From NCBI GenBank assembly GCA_964016885.1, contig OZ024740.1, positions 22,754,001-22,818,000 on the forward strand: a DNA stretch of 64,000 bases, in the 5' to 3' direction. Shown piece by piece: positions 37,720 to 50,400 of the stretch. The notes under the pieces are model-generated. The model saw only the letters and a list, made by a program, of their open reading frames with translations. It was not told where the DNA came from and made no database searches. Position 1 is the stretch's first letter; every line of letters begins with the position of its first letter. The translations under genes and the position numbers were made by a program. This DNA comes from Eledone cirrhosa. Its lineage: Eukaryota.

Positions 37720-38159
37720 ACGTGATGGCTGCCCCCTCGTTATCGAGTATGGCCATTTCACGATATACCATTAATAATAATTATTAATTAAGTCCATCGT
37801 GCAATGCCTGTGCGTGAAGATATTTTTTAAAGTGAGGCAAGACTGTGCACTGAGCCAATCCCACTCTCTGAGCGACAGTAGCTATAACCCGAAAAGAAGT
37901 AAAGATCAAAATCATCGGTAACTACTGAGCCGTAGGTTTTATATAGGAGTCATCCCAGTTTCCTGAGTTGCCTTCTCCTAGAAGAATGCTCTGACAAATG
38001 TTAGGGGACCAGAGGTTTAACTGCGCGGTACATGTGTATATACATATTTACACACTTTTGGATGGCCGTTGACTCTTATGTGTTCGTCCACCGTTTGTCA
38101 GGTTTTGTTTTTTGTCCTGCAGGAGGTCCAAAATACCTTACTCACCAAGTAAACTTCCA
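37720..38159 (-). mobile_element. Diverged dispersed repeat, probably an RTE-clade LINE 5' UTR fragment (copy 1)
   Basis: Collinear blocks shared with 39172-39780 (tggctgcc..ctcgtt.tcgagta.ggcca; ccttctcctagaa; ttttggatggc..ttgac; caggttttgttttt.gtcctgcagga). RTE assignment rests on a recalled ctaggagaagg motif only. Confidence 0.5.
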
Positions 38160-38177
38160 TACATACATACATATACA

Positions 38178-38312
38178 TAATTGTTTCTACTTTTGGCACA
38201 AGGCCGGCAATTATCTCAGTGTATTACTGGTACTTTATTTTATCGACCCCGTAAGGATGAAAGGCAAAGTTAACCTCAGTGGGATTTGAACTCAGTCCGT
38301 AAAGGGACGTAA
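38178..38312 (-). mobile_element. tRNA-derived SINE with Nin/Deu domain, 5'-truncated
   Basis: Minus strand: B-box gagttcaaat, then ctttgcctttcatccttacggggtcgataaaataaagtaccagt; near-identical to 63266-63457. Confidence 0.8.
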
Positions 38313-38679
38313 AGAGTACTGGTGGAATGTTCCAGTAAAAACCCCAATAAAATACAAGCATAACAGACCAGATATTATGATATGGGACAGGGAAAAGAAG
38401 ACATGCACAGTAGTGGAAGTTAGCTGCCCAGCAGATGCCAATATAATATCAAAGATTAGCAAAAAGGAGAATATTTATGCAGAACTAATGGGAAATCTGC
38501 AGATACTCCACCCTGATTACACCATCAGATTTATGCCTGTGATTATTGGGGCACTGGGGTATGTTAGTAACTGCCTCAATACAAATTTTGAGAAGCTGGG
38601 CTTCACAGGAACAGAAAGAACACAACTAGTTATTGAAACAGTAAAAATATGTAAAACATTCCAAAAATGTTGCATTTAA
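38311..38679 (+). pseudogene. C-terminal restriction-like endonuclease (RLE) fragment of an R2-group (R4/NeSL-like) non-LTR retrotransposon, 5'-truncated
   Basis: EYWWNVPVKTPIKYKHNRPDIMIWDREKKTCTVVEVSCP...KKENIYAEL...PVIIGALG matches the RPD-x(n)-D/E, K..Y and P...GALG motifs. No upstream RT present. Confidence 0.85.
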
Positions 38680-38907
38680 TAACTGCAGATACATGCATAT
38701 GCATGTACATATACTAAGTATATACACATGCACACATACAACTCAAAACATCCACACATACAACAACATCCATATCTACACATGCATGCATGCATACATA
38801 ATCTACCTAGTTGATGTGTAAATTCAAATGAGAGAGTCTTGTGTCTATGTTAGAAACCGACTCTCTCTCTATTGGTAAAACTTTGTGAAATTATAAAACC
38901 AGAAGAA

Positions 38908-39098
38908 CATACATATATATATTCATATATTCATACATATATACATACATGCATACATACATATATACATACATACATATATATTCATATATTCAAACAT
39001 ATATACATACATATATACATACATAGATACATATATACATACATGTATACATATATACATACATGTATACATATATATATACATACATATATATATAT

Positions 39099-39167
<69 letters not shown>

Positions 39168-39172
39168 CATAC
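38908..39172. repeat. Compound (TACA)n/(TA)n microsatellite field
   Basis: Direct reading. Confidence 0.92.
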
Positions 39173-39780
39173 ATGGTGGCTGCCAACTCGTTTTCGAGTA
39201 CGGCCACTACTTTATATCCATGTAGGAGAACCCCTACCGATGCGCTGAACGAATAGTGACTTTAGTCCAGCCAGCGACTTGAAAACTCTGGTACAAAGAC
39301 TACACTTGTGACCATTATTGACACATAGTGCAGGGCCCATGGTACCATGTGATGACAAGTGCAGAGAGATCTCCAGATATAAAGCAATGCCTGTGCTGTG
39401 AAGCTTTTATAGTGAGCAAAGGCACTGCACAAAGCCAGTCCCACTCTCTTAACCAAGATGATATTTACCAAAAAGAAGAACAAGTCAACATCATTGGATA
39501 CCATCAGAGTTGCAGGTGTTATATCAGAGTTTTCCTTCTCCTAGAATTCTGCCTTGACAAAGGCTAAGGGGTCATCTCTCCCGGTGATTTTGGATGGCTA
39601 TTGACCCTTAAGAGCTCCCTTGCCCTTTGACAGGTTTTGTTTTTAGTCCTGCAGGATGTCCAAAGTCACCCTCCTCACCAAGAAACCTTGGTGGGGTTGC
39701 CAGTTTAGTCGCCAACGACCCGACCATGAGACAGGTTGTACTGGGATACATGTTACCAGTAGCACCAACTGGTGACCTGA
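39172..39780 (-). mobile_element. Diverged dispersed repeat, probably an RTE-clade LINE 5' UTR fragment (copy 2)
   Basis: Homologous to 37720-38159; minus strand has ctaggagaaggaaaactctga; flanked by TACA microsatellites. Confidence 0.5.
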
Positions 39781-39847
39781 CATAAATATATACATACATA
39801 CATACATATATACATACATATATATACATATTTATATATATACATAT

Positions 39848-39951
39848 AACAAAGGAATTGTGGTAAGGAACCAGATGGACCATAACGCACCATTCCAGAA
39901 ATAGCCGTCGAAACGGCTTGAGCTCTGCCGTCGGGGTCTTACTTTTTCCTA
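39848..39951 (+). mobile_element. (TA)n-associated palindromic short element, copy D (internal deletion)
   Basis: Head ...cataacgcacca is joined directly to the right arm ttccagaaatagccgtcgaaac...tttttccta. Confidence 0.8.
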
Positions 39952-40354
39952 TATATATATATATACATTAAGGAAATATAGTTTCCACCTCGAACTCTGT
40001 TTCGGTTTGTAACTTCTTCAAGCTTCTTCAGCAGTTATCTCTTTCTCATTTCCTCTCTCTCACTCTCTATATTTCTCTGGAAGAACTCTGCTGTACTTAG
40101 GCCCGGAGAGAAATGGGCTCCGCCAGTCTTAAAATGTCCAAGAAACGCCGTATGTCACTACAGCGGCCCTACGACTCTATCAGGAGTTTAGGGACCATAC
40201 CATATATATAATCATTGCCAAATCAAATATAAACTAAGGTTGTTATTCAAATTCCATCCTAATTTCCACATCTTAACGCATTGACCTTCAGGCAGCAGAA
40301 TAATGATTTCTTCATTAGCCGTTTAAGGAAACATTAAAGCCGATACAGTGGAAG

Positions 40355-40974
40355 TTTTTTCTTTGTGTAAAATAACATTTATAAAAGAGACAAAGAAAAT
40401 AAACATTTAAAACAAACATAACAATTTCCCCAAAGGTGGGGTGACTCTAAGGGTCACTCGTGTAGAAATCCCATAAAAGTCACGGTCACTCTGTCCACTA
40501 GGGCAAAGCACCCTCTACCAGTCTTTTTACTCCAATCTACAGGGGTATGCCCAAGACAGACCCATTCACACGGACCATACTCACCACTCCCAACCACCTT
40601 TCAACAAACTGGTTGAAAGGAAGCACTTCCTTCTTCAACCTGATTTCCCTCTTCAAATGAAATCTGAAAAAGTTAATCAGGGCTTCGCCAAAAAGAAAGA
40701 TGGGTGTCTTCAACACTTTCAAACGCCCCCACCACACGACCTCTTTCGCCATGGCCACCAAGCAGATTAAACATTTCTTGTCCTTCCCTCTAAAGGAGTA
40801 TGGTGGGGCGATCTTCATAATGGACTCAGTTGATAGTCGGATCCGCTCAACACGTCACAGCAGGTGCTCGATATAAACCCATACGTCAGCAATACTCGGA
40901 CACTCGACGAGTGCGTGCAGAACCGTTTCGTCGCCCTGTGTGCACCTCGGACAGGCCCGATTGCGGTACCTTAC
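40355..40974 (-). pseudogene. 3' end of a Tx1/L1-clade LINE ORF2 (zf-RVT CCHC zinc knuckle, C-terminus, 3' UTR)
   Basis: Minus strand: RACPRCTQGDETVLHALVECPSIADVWVYIEHLL*RVERIRLSTESIMKIAPP...AKEVVWWGRLK...FVERW, with one in-frame TGA and a T-rich 3' UTR ending in an A-rich tail. Confidence 0.85.
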
Positions 40975-41184
40975 AAAAATAATAGTGGATTATTCCACTC
41001 TCATTATCTATCTGTCACCCCCTCTCCCTCTCTCTCTCTATATATATATCATTTTCTCTCTATTTCTCTCTCTCTGACTCTCTCTCTCACCAACTTTCCA
41101 CCTACCTATCTCTAAATTACTAACTTAACACTACAGTCAGACCACTGATATCAATTCAAAAAGAACAACATAGAGTGACACAGT

Positions 41185-41397
41185 GGGAGAGAGAGAGAGG
41201 GGGGATAGGTAGATAGAGAGAGTGAGTGAGAGAGGGATAGATAGAGAGATGGAGAGATGGATAGATAAAGGGGGAGAGATATAGAGAGGGTGATAGATAG
41301 ATAGAGATAGAGAGAGAGAGCGAGGTGATAGGTAGATAGATAGAGAGAGAGCGCGATGGAGAGAGAGAGAGAGGGATATACAGAGCAGTAGATAGCT

Positions 41398-41449
<52 letters not shown>
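41185..41449. repeat. (GA)n/(GATA)n purine-rich tract
   Basis: Direct reading. Confidence 0.9.
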
Positions 41450-41452
<3 letters not shown>

Positions 41453-41490
41453 CAGTGGTGGTGGGGAGAGCATTCAAAAGTAATGTGCAT

Positions 41491-44400
41491 CATGTCACCT
41501 GCAATGGTACTCCTCACCCAGCCAGCCATATCTAAGACATGTCACCTGCAATGGTACTCCTCAAACACACCCAGCCAGCCATATCTAGACATGTCACCTG
41601 CAATGGTACTCCTCAAACACACCCAGCCAGCCATATCTAGATATGTCAGCTGCAATGGTACTCCTCAAACACACCCAGCCAGCCATATCTAGACATGTCA
41701 CCTGCAATGGTACTCCTCAAACACACCCAGCCAGCCATATCTAGATATGTCAGCTGCAATGGTACTCCTCAAACACACCCAGCCAGCCATATCTAGACAT
41801 GTCACCTGCAATGGTACTCCTCAAACACAGCCAGCCAGCCATATCTAGACATGTCACCTGCAATGGTACTCCTCAAACACACTCAGCCAGCCATATCTAG
41901 ACATGTCACCTGCAATGGTACTCCTCACCCAGCCAGCCATATCTAGACATGTCACCTGCAATGGTACTCCTCAAACACACCCAGCCAGCCATATCTAGAC
42001 ATGTCACCTGCAATGGTACTCCTCAAACACACCCAGCCAGCCATATCTAGATATGTCAGCTGCAATGGTACTCCTCAAACACACCCAGCCATATCTAGAC
42101 ATGTCACCTGCAATGGTACTCCTCAAACACACCCAGCCAGCCATATCTAGACATGTCACCTGCAATGGTACTCCTCAAACACACCCAGCCAGCCATATCT
42201 AGACATGTCACCTGCAATGGTACTCCTCAAACACACCCAGCCATATCTAGACATGTCACCTGCATTGGTACTCCTCAAACACACCCAGGCAGCCATATCT
42301 AGACATGTCACCTGCAATGGTACTCCTCAAACACAGCCAGCCATATCTAGACATGTCACCTGCAATGGTACTCCTCAAACACACCCAGCCATATTAAGAC
42401 ATGTCACCTGCAATGGTACTCCTCAAACACACCTAGTCAGCCATATCTAGATATGTCACCTGCAATGGTACTCCTCAAACACACCCAGCCATATCTAGAC
42501 ATGTCACCTGCAATGGTACTCCTCAAACACACCCAGCCATATCTAGACATGTCACCTGCAATGGTACTCCTCAAACACAGCCAGCCATATCTTGATATGT
42601 CACCTGCAATGGTACTCCTCAAACACACCCAGCCATATCTAAGAGATGTCACCTGCAATGGTACTCCTCAAACACACCCAGCCAGCCATATCTGGATATG
42701 ACACCTGCAATGGTACTCCTCAAACACACCCATCCAGGCATATCTAGATATGTCACCTGCAATGGTACTCCTCAAACACATCCAGCCATATTAAGACATG
42801 TCACCTGCAATGGTACTCCTCAAACACACCTAGTCAGCCATATCTAGATATGTCACCTGCAATGGTACTCCTCAAATACACCCAGCCATATCTAGACATG
42901 TCACCTGCAATGGTACTCCTCAAACACACCCAGCCATATCTAGACATGTCACCTGCAATGGTACTCCTCAAACACACCCAGCCAGCCATATCTAGATATG
43001 TCACCTGCAATGGTACTCCTCAAACACAGCCAGTTATATCTAGATATGTCACCTGCAATGGTACTCCTCAAACACACCCAGCCATATCTAGATATGTCAC
43101 CTGCAATGGTACTCCTCAAACACACCCAGCCAGCCATATCTAGATATGTCAGCTGCAAAGGTACTCCTCAAACACAGTCAGCCATATCTAGATATGTCAC
43201 CTGCAATGGTACTCCTCAAACACACCCAGCCATATCTAGATATGTCACCTGCAATGGTACTCCTCAAACACACCCAGCCAGCCATATCTAGATATGTCAG
43301 CTGCAATGGTACTCCTCAAACACACCCAGCCAGCCATATCTAGACATGTCACCTGCAATGGTACTCCTCAAACACAGCCAGCCATATCTAGATATGTCAC
43401 CTGCAATGGTACTCCTCAAACACACCCAGCCATATCTAAGAGATGTCACCTGCAATGGTACTCCTCAAACACACCCAGCCAGCCATATCTGAATATGACA
43501 CCTGCAATGGTACTCCTCAAACACACCCATCCAGGCATATCTAGATATGTCACCTGCAATGGTACTCCTCAAACACATCCAGCCATATTAAGACATGTCA
43601 CCTGCAATGGTACTCCTCAAACACACCTAGTCAGCCATATCTAGATATGTCACCTGCAATGGTAGCCTCAAACACACCCAGCCATATCTAGATATTTCGC
43701 CTGCAATGGTACTCCTCAAACACACGCAGCCAGCCATATCTAGATATGTCACCTGTAATGGTACTCCTCAAACACACCCAGCCAGCCATATCTAGACATG
43801 TCACCTGCAATGGTACTCCTCAAACACACCTAGCCATATCTAGATATGTCACCTGCAATGGTAATCCTCAAACACACCCAGCCATATCTAGATATGTCAC
43901 CTGCAATAGTACTCCTCAAACACAACCAGCCATATCTAGACATGTCACCTGCAATGGTACTCCTCAAACACACCCAGGCATATCTAGATATCTCACCTGC
44001 AATGGTACTCCTCAAACACACCCAGTCATATCTAGATATGTCACCTGCAATGGTACTCCTCAAACACACCCAGGCATATCTAGATATGTCACCTGCAATG
44101 GTACTCCTCAAACACATCCAGCCATATCTAAGAGATGTCACCTGCAATGGTACTCCTCAAACACAGCCAGCCATATCTAAGAGATGTCACCTGCAATGGT
44201 ACTCCTCAAACACAGCCAGCCATATATAGATATGTCACCTGCAATGGTACTCCTCAAACACAGCCAGCCATATCTAGATATGTCACCTGCAATGGTACTC
44301 CTCAAACACAGCCAGCCATATCTAAGAGATATCACCTGCAATGGTACTCCTCAAACACAGCCAGCCATATCTAGATATGTCACCTGTAATGGTACTCCTC

Positions 44401-47400
44401 AAACACAGCCAGCCAGCCATATCTAGATATGTCACCTGCAATGGTACTCCTCAAACACAGCCAGCCATATCTAGATATGTCACCTGCAATGGTACTCCTC
44501 AAACACAGCCAGCCATATCTAGATATGTCACCTGCAATGGTACTCCTCAAACACACCCAGCCATATCTAGATATGTCACCTGCAATGGTATCCTCAAACA
44601 CACCCAGCCATATCTAGATATGTCACCTGCAATGGTACTCCTCAAACACAGCCAGCCATATCTAGATATGTCACCTGCAATGGTATCCTCAAACACACCC
44701 AGCCAGGCATATCTATATATGTCACCTGCAATGGTACTCCTCAAACACAGCCAGCCAGCCATATCTAGATATGTCGCCTGCAATGGTACTCCTCAAACAC
44801 ACGCAGCCAGCCATATCTAGACATGTCACCTGCAATGGTACTCCTCAAACACACCCAGCCAGCCATATCTAGACATGTCACCTGCAATGGTACTCCTTAA
44901 ACACACCCAGTCAGCCATATCTAGATATGTCACATGCAATGGTACTCCTCAAACACACCCAGCCATATCTAAGAGATGTCACCTGCAATGGTACTCCTCA
45001 AACACACCCAGCCATATCTAAGAGATGTCACCTGCAATGGTACTCCTCAAACACACCCAGCCATATCTAGATATGTCACATGCAATGGTACTCCTCAAAC
45101 ACAGCCAGCCATATCTAGATATGTCACCTGCAATGGTACTCCTCAAACACACCCAGCCAGCCATATCTAGATATGTCACCTGCAATGGTACTCCTCAAAC
45201 ACATCCAGCCATATCTAGATATGTCACCTGCAATGGTAATCCTCAAACACACCCAGCCATATCTAGATATGTCACCTGCAATGGTACTCCTCAAACACAC
45301 CCAGGCATATCTAGATATGTCACCTGCAATGGTACTCCTCAAACACAGCCAGCCATATCTAGATATGTCACCTGCAATGGTACTCCTCAAACACAGCCAG
45401 CCATATCTAGACATGTTACCTGCAATGGTACTCCTCAAACACAGCCAGCCAGCCATATCTAGATATGTCACCTGCAATGGTACTCCTCAAACACAGCCAG
45501 CCATATCTAGATATGTCACCTGCAATGGTACTCCTCAAACACAGCCAGCCATATCTAGATATGTCACCTGCAATGGTACTCCTCAAACACAGCCAGCCAT
45601 ATCTAGATATGTCACCTGCAATGGTACTCCTCAAACACAGCCAGCCATATCTAGATATGTCACCTGCAATGGTACTCCTCAAACACACCCAGCCATATCT
45701 AGATATGTCACCTGCAATGGTACTCCTCAAACACAGCCAGCTAACTATATCTAGATATGTCACCTGCAATGGTACTCCTCAAACACACCCAGCCAGCCAT
45801 ATCTAGATATTTCACCTGCAATGGTACTCCTCAAACACAGCCAGCCATATCTAGATACGTCACCTGCAATGGTACTCCTCAAACACAGCCAGCCAGCCAT
45901 ATCTAGATATGTCACCTGCAATGGTACTCCTCAAACACACCCAGCCATATCTAGACATGTCACCTGCAATGGTACTCCTCAAACACAGCCAGCCATATCT
46001 AGATATGTCACCTGCAATGGTACTCCTCAAACACACCCAGCCATATCTAAACATGTCACCTGCAATGGTACTCCTCAAACACACCCAGCCATATCTTGAC
46101 ATGTCACCTGCAATGGTACTCCTCAAACACACCCAGGCATATCTAGATATGTCACCTGCAATGGTACTCCTCAAACACACCCAGCCATATCTAGATATGT
46201 CACCTGCAATGGTACTCCTCAAACACAGCCAGCCAGCCATATCTAGATATGTCACCTGCAATGGTACTCCACAAACACAGCCAGCCAGCCATATCTAGAT
46301 ATGTCACCTGCAATGGTACTCCTCAAACACAGCCAGCCAGCCATATCTAGATATGTCACCTGCAATGGTACTCCTCAAACACACCCAGCCATATCTAAAC
46401 ATGTCACCTGCAATGGTACTCCTAAAACACACCCAGCCATATCTAGATATCTCACCTGCAATGGTACTCCTCAAACACACCCTGCCATATCTAGATATGT
46501 CACCTGTAATGGTACTCCTCAAACACAGCCAGTCAGCCATATCTAGATATGTCACCTGTAATGGTACTCCTCAAACACAGCCAGTCAGCCATATCTAGAT
46601 ATGTCACCTGTAATGGTACTCCTCAAACACAGCCAGCCAGCCATATCTAGATATGTCAGCTGCAATGGTACTCCTCAAACACAGCCAGCCAGCCATATCT
46701 AGATATGTCACCTGTAATGGTACTCCTCAAACACAGCCAGCCAGCCATATCTAGATATGTCACCTGCAATGGTACTCCTCAAACACAGCCAGCCAGCCAT
46801 ATCTAGATATGTCACCTGTAATGGTACTCCTCAAACACAGCCAGCCAGCCATATCTAGATATGTCACCTGCAATGGTACTTCTCAAATACAGCCAGCCAG
46901 CCAGCCATATCTATATATGTCACCTGCAATGGTACTCCTCAAACACACCCAATCAGCCATATCTAGATATGTCACCTGCAATGGTAATCCTCAAACACAC
47001 CCAGCCAGCCATATCTAGATATGTCACCTGCAATGGTACTCCTCAAACACACCCAGCCATATCTAGATATGTCACCTGCAATGGTACTCCTCAAACACAG
47101 CCAGCCATATCTAGATATGTCACCTGCAATGGTACTCCTCAAACACACCCAGCCATATCTAGATATGTCAGCTGCAATGGTACTCCTCAAACACACCCAG
47201 CCATATCTAAACATGTCACCTGCAATGGTACTCCTCAAACACACCCAGCCATATCTAGATATGTCACCTGCAATGGTACTCCTCAAACACAGCCAGCCAG
47301 CCATATCTAGATATGTCACCTGCAATGGTACTCCTCAAACACACCCAGCCATATCTAGACATGTCACCTGCAATGGTACTCCTCAAACACACCCAGTCAG

Positions 47401-50400
47401 CCATATCTAGATATGTCACCTGCAATGGTACTCCTCAAACACACCTAGCCATATCTATATATGTCACCTGCAATGGTACTCCTCAAACACACCCAGTCAG
47501 CCATATCTAGATATGTCACCTGCAATGGTACTCCTCAAACACACCCAGCCAGCCATATCTAGATATGTCACCTGCAATGGTACTCCTCAAACACACCCAG
47601 TCAGCCATATCTAGATATGTCACCTGCAATGGTACTCCTCAAACACACCCAGCCAGCCATATCTAGATATGTCACCTGCAATGGTACTCCTCAAAAACAC
47701 CCAGTCAGCCATATCTAGATATGTCACCTGCAATGGTACTCCTCAAACACACCCAGCCATATCTAGATATTTCACCTGCAATGGTACTCCTCAAACACAC
47801 CTAGCCATATCTAGATATCTCACCTGCAATGGTACTCCTCAAACACACGCAGCCAGCCATATCAAATATGTCACCTGCAATGGTACTCCTCAAACACACC
47901 CAGCCATATCTAGATATGTCACCTGCAATGGTACTCCTCAAACACACCCAGCCATATCCAGATATGTCACCTGCAATGGTACTCCTCAAACACACCCAGT
48001 CAGCCATATCTAGATATGTCACCTGCAATGGTACTCCTCAAACACACCCAGCCAGCCATATCTAGATATGTCACCTGCAATGGTACTCCTCAAACACACC
48101 CAGCCATATCTAGATATGTCACCTGCAATGGTACTCCTCAAACACACCCAGCCATATCCAGATATGTCACCTGCAATGGTACTCCTCAAACACACCCAGC
48201 CATATCCAGATATGTCACCTGCAATGGTACTCCTCAAACACAGCCAGCCAGCCATATCCAGATATGTCACCTGCAATGGTACTCCTCAAACACAGCCAGC
48301 CAGCCATATCTAAACATGTCACCTGCAATGGTACTCCTCAAACACACCCAGCCATATCTAGACATGTCACCTGCAATGGTACTCCTCAAACACACCCAGT
48401 CAGCCATATCTAGATATGCCACCTGCAATGGTACTCCTCAAACACACCCTGCCATATCTAGACATGTCACCTGCAATGGTACTCCTTAAACACAGCCAGC
48501 CATATCTAGATATGTCACCTGCAATGGTACTCCTCAAACACAGCCAGCCATATCTAGACATGTCACCTGCAATGGTACTCCTTAAACACAGCCAGCCATA
48601 TCTAGATATGTCACCTGCAATGGTACTCCTCAAACACACCCTGCCATATCTAGACATGTCACCTGCAATGATACTACTCAAACACAGCCAGCCATATCTA
48701 GATATGTCACCTGCAATGGTACTCCTCAAACACAGCCAGCCATATCTAGACATGTCACCTGCAATGGTACTCCTTAAACACAGCCAGCCATATCTAGATA
48801 TGTCACCTGCAATGGTACTCTTCAAACACACCCAGCCATATCTCAGAGATGTCACCTGCAATGGTACTCCTCAAACACACCCAGCCATATCTCAGAGATG
48901 TCACCTGCAATGGTACTCCTCAAACAGACCCAGCCATATCTAGATATGTCACCTGCAATGGTACTCCTCAAACACATCCAGCCATATTAAGACATGTCAC
49001 CTGCAATGGTACTCCTCAAACACACCCAGGCATATCTAGATATGTCACCTGCAATGGTACTCCTCAAACACACCCAGCCTGCCATATCTAGACATGTCAC
49101 CTGCAATGGTACTCCTCAAACACACACAGTCAGCCACATCTAGACATGTCACCTGCAATGGCACTCCTCAAACACACCCAGCTATATCTAGATATGTCAC
49201 CTGCAATGGTACTCCTCAAACACACCCAGCCATATCTCAGAGATGTCACCTGCAATGGTACTCCTCAAACACACCCAGTCAGCCATATCTAGACATGTCA
49301 CCTGCAATGGTACTCCTCAAACAGACCCAGCCATATCTAGATATGTCACCTGCAATGGTACTCCTCAAACACACCCAGACATATCTAGACATGTCACCTG
49401 CAATGGCACTCCACAAACACACCCAGCCATATCTAGATATGTCACCTGCAATGGTACTCCTCAAACACACCCAGCCATATCTAGATATGTCACCTGCAAT
49501 GGTACTCCTCAAACACTCCCAGCCATATCTAGATATGTCACCTGCAATGGTACTCCTCAAACACACCCAGCCATATCCAGATATGTCACCTGCAATGGTA
49601 CTCCTCAAACACAGCCAGTCAGCCATATCTAGATATGTCACCTGCAATGGTACTCCTCAAACACACCCAGCCATATCTAGATATGTCACCTGCAATGGTA
49701 CTCCTCAAACACACCCAGCCATATCTAGATATGTCACCTGCAATGGTACTCCTCAAACACACCCAGCCATATCTAGACATGTCACCTGCAATGGCACTCC
49801 TCAAACACACCCAGCCATATCTAGATATGTCAGCTGCAATGGTACTCCTCAAACACAGCCAGTCAGCCATATCTAGATATGTCACCTGCAATGGTACTCC
49901 TCAAACACACCCAGTCAGCCATATCTAGATATGTCACCTGCAATGGTACTCCTCAAACACACCCAGCCAGCCATATCTAGATATGTCACCTGCAATGGAT
50001 CTCCTCAAACACACCCAGCCAGCCATATCTAGATATGTCACATGCAATGGTACTCCTCAAACACACCCAGTCAGCCATATCGAGATATGTCACCTGCAAT
50101 GGTACTCCTCAAACACACCCAGCCATATCTAGATATGTCACCTGCAATGGAACTCCTCAAACACACCCAGCCATATCTAGATATGTCAGCTGCAATGGTA
50201 CTCCTCAAACACAGCCAGTCAGCCATATCTAGATATGTCACCTGCAATGGTACTCCTCAAACACACCCTGCCAGCCATATCTAGATATGTCACCTGCAAT
50301 GGTACTCTTCAAACACATCCAGCCATATCTAGATATGTCACCTGCAATGGTACTCCTCAAACACAGCCAGTCAGCCATATCTAGATATGTCACCTGCAAT

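Noticed and set aside
37314-37774. YI/HT/CV dipeptide ORFs (also at 120-402, 38872-39248, 60037-61383, 62812-63182)
   Set aside because: Translations of microsatellites.
39700-39780. HDV-like ribozyme at the 5' end of the RTE-like fragment (gtcg-ttgg-cgac hairpin, CUAA, ccagt/actgg)
   Set aside because: P1 and P3 could not be paired by eye; would need an RNArobo/Infernal search.
39985-40035. Possible hammerhead on the minus strand (CUGAAGA...CAAACC-GAAAC-AGA-GUUC)
   Set aside because: Stem II has mismatches and no convincing stem I; at best a decayed relic.
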